Source: Diadema antillarum (Eukaryota). From it: a stretch of DNA of 64,000 nucleotides. The DNA is taken from the NCBI RefSeq assembly GCF_040938485.1, contig NW_027270922.1:1116001-1180000 (forward strand), in the 5' to 3' direction. This document shows, piece after piece, positions 29,501-40,929 of the stretch. Position numbers and translations under genes: made by a program. The notes below the pieces were generated by a model. That model did no database searches, was not told the DNA's origin, and saw only the letters and a program-made list of their open reading frames with translations. Position 1 is the stretch's first letter, and each line of letters starts with the position of its first letter.

Positions 29501-32500
29501 AGTTTAGTCTAGCATGAACCAAGGAAAGCAGAATATACTTATTTGGAATACATGGAACAGTAATAGTTGATTGTGATCTGTTTGGATGCATTTTGTCATA
29601 ATCTTGAGGGTTCAACTGCAGAACGAGTTACAAGTTGTAGCTCCATTCATGTTAATTTGAGATATTTTCTCTCTTTTTGCTCTCACCCTCTCTTATGTAC
29701 ATGTATGTTCTTAGTTCTTGAAGTTATTTTAATTGTGTGTAGTGAGTCTTGTTTTGTTGCTCAATGTATTTTTCTGATATAGTCAACCAATGCCAGTTTT
29801 CTCACGTGAACCCTGAACTTAAAAAACTACATGAATATATTTCTCCTGCTAGCGATAACGAATATGTCTCTGATCAGTATTACTATTCAACCAAAGATTT
29901 TAACAGCGTTTTACATTCTAAGATGATTGCAAAAGAAAATGAATCTCCCCTTTTTTGTATTCATTTTAACTGTAGGAGCATGTCTCGCAACTTTGATAAC
30001 TTAAACTCATTTTTAACTTCAATTGATATTGCACCAACTATAATAGGAATTTCTGAAACATGGCTGAATGCTAACTCACCTCTTGATATGTACAGGCTTG
30101 ATAATTATTCTTTCTTTGCAAATAGTCGTAGATTTAAGAGGGGTGGTGGAGTTGGTTTGTATATAAAAAATGATGTCAAATTTGAACGAAGGACTGACTT
30201 GGATGTAAACAATAATTATATTGAAAGTATATTTTCTGAAATTGAAATGAATCATCGAAGAATTTTATTTGGAGTTGTGTATAGACCACCTAATCAATGT
30301 GTTGAAGATTTTATGAAAGTTTTAAGTGAAGTATTACAAATTGTGCAAAATGAGAAAAAAGTGTTTTATTTGATGGGTGATTTCAATATTAACCTCTTAA
30401 GAATAGATAGAGAGCAATACGTAAATAAGTTTTTTGATATGTTGTTGGTTCATAATATGTTTCCTCTTATCAAATATCCTACAAGGATTACTCCAGACTC
30501 GGTTTCGTTAATTGACAATATATTTACAAATGAGGATAGTGTGAATGTATCTTCATCGGGGCTTTTTTTATGTGATGTAAGCGATCATTTTTCCATATAT
30601 TGTATTTGTAATAAAATTTCTATTGCTTTTAAAGAAAAATGTTTTCATAAACGTGAAATCAGTGAGATGAATATAATTAGATTCGTGCAGTATCTGAATA
30701 GTTTCCAATGGAATATCACAATTCCTAATGCCAATGATTGTTATAATGAATTCATAAATGTATTTTTAGATTATTATGATGTATATTTTCCGTTAAAACG
30801 CATTGATTTAAAGGAAAGCAAAAGTAATAAAAGTGCACCTTGGTTTAATGATGAAATTCGAAAGATTATGAAAAAGAAAAACCGTTTGTATAAGTTATAT
30901 TTAAAAAATCCAACTGATTATAGAAAAAGGGTGTATAAGAAAATTAGAAACAAAGTTGTTAATAAAATTAAGCAGGCAAAAAAACTGTATTATAAGATTC
31001 AATTTCAGGCTGCACATGGTGACAGTAGTAAAACGTGGAAAGTTATTAATAGGGCTTTGGGAAAACATAAAAAGAAATCCTGTGTTGATAAGATTATTGT
31101 TGATAATGAATTGATTTCAGATAAGAATATAATTCCTGATGTTTTTAGTGAGTATTTTGTTAATGTTGGTTATGATTTGAAACGTAAGTTCGATGATGAT
31201 AAGAAGTCACCTAATGTAAAATATATTATCAAAAATGAGAAATCTGCATTTTTTAAACCAATATCTCCTGATGAAATTGTTGACATTGTGAAGAATTTTA
31301 AGAATGATACAAGCCCAGGTTCAGATGGAATTGCAATTTGTGTTTTGAAAAGAGTTATTGATTATTTATGTGAACCTCTGTGTGCAATATTCAATAAGTG
31401 TTTAGATGCTGGTGTCTTCCCAGATAAACTGAAAATAGCACGTGTAATACCTGTTTTTAAAAAAGGTTCTCAAGAGATTTTAAGTAACTACCGCCCGATA
31501 TCTGTTTTATCTCTTTTTTCAAAGATTTTTGAGAAATGCATTTATGTTCGTTTATTATCCTTTATCAAAGAGTGCAATATATTCACTTCAAACCAATATG
31601 GTTTTAGGGAGAGGCACTCCACTTCTCATGCTTTAATCAATTTTATTCAAAATGTGATGTGTGCAATAGAAAATGAGGAAATTTTAATAGGCATATTTTT
31701 GGATTTGAGTAAGGCTTTTGATAGTCTTGATCATGATATTTTACTTAGTAAGATGTATTTGTATGGCATAAGAGGAGTTGTTTTAGATTTGTTCCACAGT
31801 TATTTATCCGACAGAGTGCAATATGTTGTTGTGGATGGTTTTCAATCTAAATCTAAAGAACTGAAGTGTGGAGTACCCCAAGGGTCAATCTTGGGACCTC
31901 TTTTGTTTCTTTTATATATGAATGACTTATGTAATACGTCTGAGGTTTTTAGATATATATTGTTTGCTGATGACACCAGTATTTTTATATCTCATAATGA
32001 TCCCCAAATATTACAAATCATAGTCAATAATGAGCTAAGTATAATTTCTGAATGGTTATATATGAATAAATTATCAGTAAATACAAGTAAAACACATTTT
32101 ATGATATTCACCAATAGAAATGTTGATGTCAAGGATATTAGTATATATTTAGCAGGATCTGAAATTAAGCATGAAGTGTCTTTGCAATTTTTAGGAATCA
32201 CAATTGATAAATTGACTTGGAAAGATCACATAAATATTATATGCAACAAAATTTCAAAAAATATTGGGATACTTTTTCGACTTAACTTTTTACCCACTGT
32301 TGTTCTTAAAATGATATATAATGCAATTATTGCGCCTTTTTTTTGAATAGGTCTTTCTGTTTGGGGAAGTGCTGCAAATATATACATAGACAGACTTTTT
32401 AAACTACAAAAACGTGCAATAAGGGTTATAAACCATTCAACTTATTTAGCTCACACTTCACCAATTTTTAATTCCCAAAAGATTTTAAAGTTGTATGACA

Positions 32501-35359
32501 GATATAAATATATTTTAGGTAATCTTATGTTTCTATGGCATAGAAAGCTTTTACCCGATTCTCTGATGCATTATTTCACCTTAAATTGCAATATTCATTT
32601 ATATTATACCAGAAACGCTAAGAATTTTCATATCCCAAAAGTAAGAACATCATTATTTCAGAAATCTGTGTTTTATCAAGGTCCGCTTATATGGAACTCA
32701 ATACCAGATGATATTCGTAAAGTTACCTCTTTTAATGTATTCAAACGTAAACTTAAGGAGAATTTTATACAAAATTATAATGCCTAAGTTTTTGACATGC
32801 TTGACTGGCAATACATGTATTCTATCTAATGATCGTAACTCACTTTATTCGTATTGTCTTTGTAATGTAAATGTAGTGTATTGTATATCATGCTGTATTG
32901 CTTTATGTTTTGTCTTGCAACGGTATATCTGTTCATCTCATTTTTTTTTTTTTTTATAAATATGAAAAATTTACCACCAATGCATTTTTTTAAATGGATT
33001 TTCTGGGTCGGCCAGATTTTAAGGAAACTTAATTCCTCGTTGGCTGCTTCCCTTCAGCTTTATGTATTCCAAAGTTATGTTTTTTTCTCTGTGTCTGTCA
33101 TGATTGCTCATCATTGTCTTTCTCTGTTGTTTTTATGCTGAATAAAAATAAATTCAATTCAATTCAATATTAGTTATTAAAGTTGCTCAAGAACTATAAG
33201 AAAATATTGCATTTCTCAATCATTCCTTCAAGAATATACCTTTACCATGTAATAAGTGAGCTATCACTTGAAAGGTTTTATTTTTCTCTATCTGAAGATT
33301 GAATCAGTGTAAAATGTGTAAAAAAATATAATGACTCTTAACATGTCGTGATCAACCAACTGTAAATTACATATGTGATGGTGTATGTGTGTGTATGTAT
33401 GTATGTCATTACAGGCGTGAGCTGTCCAAGTTGGAGGAATTCCAGAGGAAACAGAAGGAGATGGAAGAAGAGAATGCAAAGAAGAAGAGGCTCCTGGCTA
33501 ACGCTATCGCAGACAGGTATTGAAGTAGGACAAGGCTGTAGAACACTTTAACTCTTTTCTAGTCTAGTCATCAGAAACTTTATGTTTGACATTCTATGAG
33601 ATGATCTGAGGTGATCTGTCTTTCGTCAGAGTGCGCTGAGCAAATAGGACTCAGGATGAACTTCCTGTGTTATTTTGTTCGCCTGATTGTCCATGCAATG
33701 GTTTGATCGCAAACCCAAACAAGCAAAGAAAAGAAAGCACAACTTGATGAGTTGATGGAAATGCGTTAACCATGCAAAATGATTTGCATGGGGGGGGGGG
33801 GGGGGGGGGGGGGAATGCTTGTGTTGATGCATGTGTAGGTTACAATGGGTAAGAAAGTGAGTATCCCTTGATCAGTTTGTTTCAACAAGTTTGCTGCAAT
33901 TTACTTGACATCAACATTCATGTTAGCCCGTTGAGGACGAGTCCCGAGTATACTCGGGCAAGCGTCTATGGGAGATGGGTGTTGTAGCAAAATCAAACCG
34001 TCCTCAATGGGTTAATTTTGCATAAATGATGTGAAAATGAAAAATTGTATTTTCTCTCATGAAAATGAGTGATTTTGAGATATGAGGTCCTGTCACCCCA
34101 GTGTCAATATAGCATACTTTTATGTAATTCTGGCTGTTCATGTTGTCCGTATAGGAAGAAGAAAACCCAAGCTGAGGCAAAGAGACTGGTGTACATTCAG
34201 AAGGAGCTGGCAAAAATTGAGAATCTCCTTAGCAGCGACGTGAGCATTCTCCGCGACAAGATTGAGACGTCCAGCAGAGAATTCAACGAAGCCCAGTGAG
34301 TTGACATTTTTGGGACAATTTTGTTCTCATGTCATATGCACTTCAGAATTTAGGAGGTGCAATAGAGAAACGGTTAGTTTCGTTATGGAAGCATGTATAG
34401 ACATTTTCTCTCCTGGTAGACTTATCTGTGGTAATGCAGCACTTGTCAATAGGTGAAAAAATATAACAGCAACCTCCCTTTAACCCGTTGAGGATGAGTC
34501 CTGAGCATACTCGGGCAAGGTCTATGGGAAATGCGTGTTGTAGCAAAATCAAACTGTCCTCAACAGGTTAAATGCTCTTCTGTTGTAAGGTGTCATCTTA
34601 GTACTTCTCCTCCTGTGAAATCAGCTGTGGACTAATAAATGATTGTCTCATCTCGTCTGTTACTGAATTCATTGACTTTAAATGATTATGTACATGTGCA
34701 ATATTGTCATTAGTGTTTGCTTTTCTTCTCTGTATTACGAATGCTCATTCTTCAGGAGACGATATGAGAAGGCGGAGGCCGAGTTCGTCGCTGCCAAAAT
34801 CAACCTCCACAAGAAGTCGGAGATGAAGGAGGCCCTCACAGAACACCTGTGTACCATTATCCACCAGAACGAGCTGCGCAAGGCCAAAAAGCTGGAGGAG
34901 CTTGTGAGCAAACTGGACGTCGATAGCCTTGAGGAGTTTGAAAACGAGCCGGAGGATGTCACCAGGCCGACGCCGCCAACATCGCCTGTTCAGGTTTCCT
35001 CAAACCCAGATGAGAAAGCTCCTCTTACTGGGAATGGTGTGGCTGGAGGGGAAACTGGGCAAGTGCATGGTGGATCTGATCAAAGTGGAAGTGGAGTCGA
35101 CTCTACCAATGGGCCTGTTACGCAGGGGCAGAAGCCAGTGGATAATGCTGGTATGAAGGAGCAGAAACCAGTGGTTAACAGTAGGATTGTGGAAAGTGGG
35201 GAACAGGCAGAGATGACTAAATCTGACACAGCAGTGACTGCCGACCAGAAAGCACCAGAGACTGCAGATCAAGACTTAAAAAAGGATGCCGGTGATGTCA
35301 TAACCAATGAGCAACCAGAGGCTGAGCAACACGCACAACTAAGCACCAACGAGACATGA
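26479..35359 (+). CDS. GORAB: RAB6-interacting golgin, whole CDS join(26479-26560,27914-28002,28907-29229,33415-33516,34155-34295,34756-35359), 446 aa
   Basis: N-terminal MAWTGFTDEQLRSLK matches the GORAB W.GF(S/T)EE(E/Q)L..LK motif. The coiled-coil core ELSKLEEFQRKQKEMEEENAKKKRLLANAIADRKKKTQAEAKRL..IQKEL..LSSDVSILRDKIE..RRYEKAEAEFVAAK..LHKKSEMKEALTEHLCTIIHQNELRKAKKLEEL is diagnostic. Phases 1,0,2,2,2 are consistent. Confidence 0.92.
27260..27836. mobile_element. Kolobok/T2-like MITE, intact
   Basis: Perfect TIR AGGACAAGTTCACCTTCATAA and TTAA on both sides. Confidence 0.88.
27914..28002 (+). CDS. GORAB: GORAB coding exon 2 (RG-rich)
   Basis: ctgcAG acceptor, donor GTCTGT 28003; phases fit neighbours. 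Confidence 0.78.
28907..29229 (+). CDS. GORAB: GORAB coding exon 3 (low complexity, P/E/K-rich)
   Basis: ctccAG acceptor, donor GTAAGT 29230; open frame QREEPLTQAQMLS...EGKV. Confidence 0.85.
29749..32787 (+). pseudogene. LINE ORF2 (endonuclease + reverse transcriptase), ~1010 codons with one in-frame TGA at 32344-32346
   Basis: ORF-track segments 29749-32346 and 32491-32787 share a frame; after the TGA the frame reads IGLSVWGSAA..KLQKRAIR..SVFYQGPLIWNSIP. Confidence 0.9.
29749..33168 (+). mobile_element. CR1/L2-group LINE (ORF2 + 3'UTR + AATAAA/(AATTC)n tail) in GORAB intron 3
   Basis: APE endonuclease motifs (HFNCRS, GISETW, GGGVGLYI, VYRPP, MGDFN, DNIF, SDH) and RT motifs (YRPISVLS, QYGFR, DLSKAFD, GVPQGSILGP, FADDT); (AATTC)3 tail at 33151-33165. 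5' boundary is approximate. Confidence 0.95.
33415..33516 (+). CDS. GORAB: GORAB coding exon 4
   Basis: tacAG acceptor, donor GTATTG 33517; RELSKLEEFQRKQ...AIADR. Confidence 0.93.
33927..34011. mobile_element. 85-bp piggyBac-like mini-MITE
   Basis: CCCGTTGAGGACG...CGTCCTCAATGGG, flanks TTAG/TTAA; internal palindrome CCCGAGTATACTCGGG. Confidence 0.75.
34155..34295 (+). CDS. GORAB: GORAB coding exon 5
   Basis: atAG acceptor, donor GTGAGT 34296; KKKTQAEAKRL...FNEAQ. Confidence 0.95.
34484..34567. mobile_element. 84-bp piggyBac-like mini-MITE, second copy
   Basis: TTAA|CCCGTTGAGGATG...TGTCCTCAACAGG|TTAA; a third partial copy starts at 13224. Confidence 0.75.
34756..35359 (+). CDS. GORAB: GORAB last coding exon
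   Basis: ttcAG acceptor; RRYEKAEAEFVAAK... to TGA 35357-35359. Confidence 0.95.
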
Positions 35360-36213
35360 CCATTGATGTCACAAGTGAGGGAAATCTAGTGTCATTCTGG
35401 AGAAAGGGTTGTGATTGATCGCACATCTTAAAACATGCTAAAAATCATGAATCATGATCATTGTGCAATTGGATTGTAGATTCTGCTACTGGCATTAAAG
35501 TCATTCACCAGGGTTCTAGACTGCTTACTTCGTCATGTTTCTGTGATAGCTCTCAGGAAATTTGTAACATTTTCTACATATTGAATATGCTTACATACTC
35601 TGTGTAAGGGAGTCACATAGTCATTGTTTTTAAGCCATGCAGGTATACTATCGATATTTTTACACAAGAATGAAGTGAAAATAGTTATGTATTTGGATCT
35701 AAACTTAGATATGTATATCTGTTAATCTGATGGATTTGTTTCCCATGAATTGTAAGTAAATTGGATTCATTCTGCAAGGATAGTTTTGAAAGGAGCACTA
35801 CCTCCAGAAAAGGAAGTTATTTGCAGTCGAATGACTGAAGTGATATGAATAGATCTGTGACCTTAGTAAGTATCTCGGCAAAATCAAACAAATCACAAAT
35901 GGAAAGAAAGCTATTAAAATATCAATAATCATCTGATAACATGATCTTTAAATGCTGTTTTATAAAATATTTGTATTAGCTGTGTGGCTTTGACACCATT
36001 TTGCTCCTCTAGTCATGCTTTTGAGAGGAAATGATTTTTTTTTTTCATTTTCCACTGATTGTACGGAGGAATTAACCTCCTTTGTTGCATATATTTGATA
36101 TGATTAGTGCATTTTTTTTTCTTTTTCTTTTTTTGAAGTACAGGGAAAACTCATTTAGATTTTTTTTTTAAACTATCCCATTTCGTGTTCAAGATGTATG
36201 AAGTACACACATA

Positions 36214-36251
<38 letters not shown>

Positions 36252-38462
36252 TGTAAGCCTCTAAATGTTTGCTTGTCCACCAAAAGGTATTTTCATCTGC
36301 AGAACATACCATTGCCTTGACTGATAGTTCTTCCATTTATACTGCATGTCAGACTTTCATATCCCTGTAAAATGTGTGAAATTTTGCACGTGTATGAGAA
36401 AGACCTTGAAATGTAAAGTGTGCTCATAGATATCACTGAAAGTTGCTAACCATTGGCCCTTGTAGCTTGTCTTTCAATTAAACGTAGTGTCTAAAAGTTT
36501 TCCAGAAATGTCACTTTTGTGGCAGACAATAAGTTATTATATATATATATTTTTAATGTACAATGTGCACAAAAAGTTTGTTGTTTAATGAGATCTTTAT
36601 TATGGAAGGTATAATGCAATTAAGCAAATATACAGAAACGATTGTATGTATACTGAAATTATGAATTGTTAGAATGTCTTTTCCAAGCTCTATTGAAAAT
36701 GCTAATAGCGTTGAAATTATTGAGAACTCACAAGATATCTGTGTGGTACTTTAGTATCTGTAAACTTGTTTATTGATGTGTTTCATACAAGGTTGCTAAT
36801 CTGTTGGTTACTTCATTCAAATTAGCTGCATTGTGTGCTTACGTCATCACATTCCAGTGTGTTTCTATGATATCGGTATGTCACTGTTCCATTCCCACAG
36901 TAAGAATTTAGTTTTTTTTCCTATTTCAAGGGACACATTGATAGGCATGTGTATTCAAACCATCAATACCATACCAAATTGTATGAGAAAAATATCTATG
37001 CAAACTATTGCAATGACAAAGTATCATTGTTGTTAATGTAATGTAAATAAAAATCAAATATAACATTATTTGAAGGCTTGAAATTGTACCTAACAGCATG
37101 ATCATAAACATACTGTAACTTGCTATTCATTGCACAGAATCTGACATGGAAATACATGTAGTCATTTGATAGCATTAAGTGCCAGGATGTGTCTGAATAT
37201 AGATACACCCTAACATGTGAACCTCTTTCAGAATGTAATTTTATTCATTATCTTTTTTTTTCAATTCACAAATGGAATAGTAAATATTTCTAGTCTTCTT
37301 CATAATTGTTTGTAAATGACAGATGAATGGAATTATGAGATTGTTGTTCATTTTCTTTTGGCTTGCTACTACAATGTAGTTGTATCTGAAAATTATACAG
37401 GCTTATTAGTGTTGCCAGTTTTCTAGAGAGGCTATTCTACTTAAGGAATTACAGAGTGCTGCCCTGTTGAGCAATGACAATTGTTTAATTTCTGACATGT
37501 CAAAGTTCCCAGTATCGAAATGATTTGATTTAATATTTGCCAAGCTGTTAGTTTTCTTTAATGCATTAATTCAAGTGCTTTTTTTTTTAAAGATGGAAAT
37601 TTTTGTGTGATGAGTTCAGTCTAAGATGCCTTACCTGTGTTTCCTTTTCTATTCATTCTCTCATGAATGAAAAGGTTTTCTTTTATTAAAAAAAAAGCCA
37701 ACATTTCTTAGTTGTTTTATCAGTCTTGATACACTATACCTTCCATACAGGGTTGTAGCTTGTGTGATAGATTGTAGGCCAAAAAGAAAGTGAAAATGAA
37801 ATAGAATAAAGAGAATAAAAAAGGAAGTTGACTAGAGTTCTATCTGTAATGGTAAAATAAATGAAAGAAAGAGAAGGGAGAACACATTCCACAAACGTCC
37901 AACTCAAAGCTGGACACTTCTGTACCACCTCTGTGATATGATACTTGAGTGATATTGACTTCATTCTTTGTGGCTGTGTGTAGTTGATACATGTATTTGA
38001 AACTGAGCATATTTCAAAACAATGCTGCCAAAATTTTGCGTAGGTTTGATGCATACAACTCCATGAAACTATTGATATAATGTTTCAGTTTGGTATTTAT
38101 TTATTAGTTAAAATATGATTGTATGTATACCCATAGTAACATAGGCTGAAGAGTTTTAGACTTTTACAGAATGTTAACTCTTATACTTGATTCATCTTGA
38201 TTATGTAATAAACTTGATGCTTCTGTACAGACAGATACATACAAAAATGAAGTTGTGTGATTAAAATGAAATTATGATAATATTCATTTATAGTGTGTGT
38301 ATGTACATGAGTGATTATTTTGATTATCTTGGTTTGGAGACACTCTCTACAAATTGCTTCTGTGCTGATAGATATGCTACGATAGATTTTAATGACAATT
38401 GTCAATCTTTAATCCATTGTCTTTGGGTAAGATCAGCAGTTGTGATCTTACAAATACATTTA

Positions 38463-38905
38463 CTGTAAAAGTGGTTTCTTTCGCGTACAGATACTTTTGC
38501 AGTTTCCATCGGTGCCGACTTTTTCGCGTATGTTTAAATTCGCGGTCGGCAAAATCTGTGAATTCACAGTCAGCAAAAACTTTTCTGTTTTGCACATGAA
38601 TACCCAAGTTATAATCCAATTATTCTTTTATTTATTAAATAGAAATTAAAATTAAATGCAGGCTTACCTAAAATCCCATCTCTCGAGTACTCGAGTACCT
38701 ACATTGCGCAGTATCGGTGTGTGTGTGTGTGTTGACCATCAATACACTCAATGCGTGGAATCTTCGTGACTTGTGTGCATGTGCGCAATAGCGTTGTAAC
38801 AAGTGGCGAGTTCAAAACATTTTCACATGATGTTAAATTTGCGGTTCAACCTCAAAGTGCGCAAAGAGGGAAAATAAAACTCTTCGAAAGAAACCACTTT
38901 TACAG
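38463..38905. mobile_element. TA-TSD MITE
   Basis: Perfect 21-bp TIR CTGTAAAAGTGGTTTCTTTCG with TA flanks. Confidence 0.8.
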
Positions 38906-38959
38906 TATACAGAGGATGACAATTGATTTAAAAAAAAAATCTATGATAGCATAATAGGT

Positions 38960-39220
38960 NNNNNNNNNNNNNNNNNNNNNNNNNNNNNNNNNNNNNNNNN
39001 NNNNNNNNNNNNNNNNNNNNNNNNNNNNNNNNNNNNNNNNNNNNNNNNNNNNNNNNNNNNNNNNNNNNNNNNNNNNNNNNNNNNNNNNNNNNNNNNNNNN
39101 NNNNNNNNNNNNNNNNNNNNNNNNNNNNNNNNNNNNNNNNNNNNNNNNNNNNNNNNNNNNNNNNNNNNNNNNNNNNNNNNNNNNNNNNNNNNNNNNNNNN
39201 NNNNNNNNNNNNNNNNNNNN
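38960..39220. other. assembly gap (261 N)
   Basis: run of N. Confidence 1.
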
Positions 39221-39296
39221 ACAATATATCGAGTGTGAGCAGTGTGTGTGTATGTATGTTATCTATTTATTTGGGGGGGTCCTTTTCTCTGGAATG

Positions 39297-39890
39297 TAAA
39301 AGGGGATGAAACCCAATACTGTACTTATAGACATATGGATTGCATGCATGCAGTAATTTTTAATAGAACACACCAACAGACTTGGAGGAATTTCGTACAA
39401 TCTAAAATTGGAAAATTATGAATTTGTAAAGTTTCAATTCAACTATTGAACACTTGATAAGAAGATTATAAAAGTTTATGATGTTGGATGTGTATGATGA
39501 TGTAAAGGAAAGAAAAAAAAATAATTCCAGGAAGTGCCTTTTTTGTTAATGAAAAGTACACATGTCCTTGACTTGTTACTGACAGAAGGGCAATTATTCC
39601 CACTGCTCTCTGAAAGAGGCAAGTAAAGTGTACTTTCATGATGCTAAGTGAAAATACATGTATGTTGAATTTTCCAAGTATTTTCCTTATTTTGTTGCCC
39701 ATACATGATGTCACAAAGTGTTATAGACTTCTCATCCAGCAATGGCAGGAACAATAAAACTTGAAAAATTATATTTATTGAAAGGATTGTTAGGCCTCAA
39801 ACTTCACTGAAGAGTTCTACTTATATTGTTTATGCAATCAATCCATCACATAAGCACATATATGTATATATTTGGATTTCATTCTTCTTC
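39297..39890. mobile_element. diverged Kolobok-like MITE (GGGGATGAAACCCAA-type ends)
   Basis: Internal similarity to the 27260 and 58275 copies; ends degenerate. Confidence 0.55.
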
Positions 39891-40145
39891 AGGCATAAGC
39901 ATTTTGTTTTTGTATTGCCGACTGTACACCTCATGACTTCACTAAATGCCATTCTACCAAGCTTTGACCATTCAATCAGTAGGTCTATATGATGCCATTT
40001 TCACATTTCTTAGGCACACTATCAAACTTCATCACCTGAATAGTACACATCTCTTCTCTGGTCACCTCACTTCCTCCCCATCTGGCCTGCCTTCTTTCTG
40101 TCATTGTGAATGAAGAACTTGTTGCTGTGATCTTCTCTAAATTCC

Positions 40146-40288
40146 TTAAAGGACAAGTTCACCTTCATAAAATTCATTAGTTTTGAACTAATTGTCCAAT
40201 TTCCTTCAAATATTCACTGATGTGTTCTATCAATATTGTGGCATTCTCTGAATTCACATGTATATGAACGTGAACAATTATCCTTTAA
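40146..40288. mobile_element. internally deleted Kolobok/T2-like MITE
   Basis: TTAA-AGGACAAGTTCACCTTCATAA start, right-end sequence, CCT-TTAA end; 143 bp. Confidence 0.75.
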
Positions 40289-40755
40289 GCAGAAAAGATG
40301 GAGATCAGCATGAAAATGAGATTGAAACAAAGGTCAACCACCTGATAGAATTTAACATGTATTTATTTCATTTGTCAATTTGGACAGTTGCTCTCAAACT
40401 TGCCAATATACAATCCCCGACCAAATGATATGATTTCCAGTTCATCAGATACCCCACAGGTTGTATATAACAGTAAAAGGAACAATAATGAATATAACCT
40501 CAAAAAGAACATTTAATATCGTCATAAGCGTACTCCCGCCTATGTGGTGTCGCATATGTTTGAAACTTGTGATTTGTTGAAAGTTTGTTGGACACGCTAT
40601 GTAGCTTTTAATCCAGTCTGAGAATGGAATACTAACTACGAGTATTGTGCATGGGATTCAGCGCAACCGCAGCGCAAACAATCTGTATAACACCCACAAT
40701 CACCTGGATCAAAGGCTACACAAACGCGCGATGACCAAAATAAAGTGTTTTCAAC

Positions 40756-40929
40756 ATGGCTGGTAAGGCTGGAACCTCAGCGAAGACTGCTTCAGGTGAC
40801 AACAGAGGAGGATCTGTCGTAAAAGCTCAACTAACTCGTAAGAATCTTATCGCTGTGGACTATCCAGGTATTGTGGAAAATACAACACGAATGCTCGATA
40901 CTCTTGGTGGCGAGGAAACTCTTTCAAAG
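40756..40929 (+). CDS. GTF3C5: GTF3C5 exon 1
   Basis: ATG in AACATGG, donor GTGCGT 40930; 58 codons. Confidence 0.92.

Noticed and set aside
29711-33184. 15-bp TSD for the large LINE (TTAGTTCTTGAAGTT / TTAGTTATTAAAGTT)
   Set aside because: Two mismatches in AT-rich sequence around an apparently young element, and the 5' boundary is undefined.
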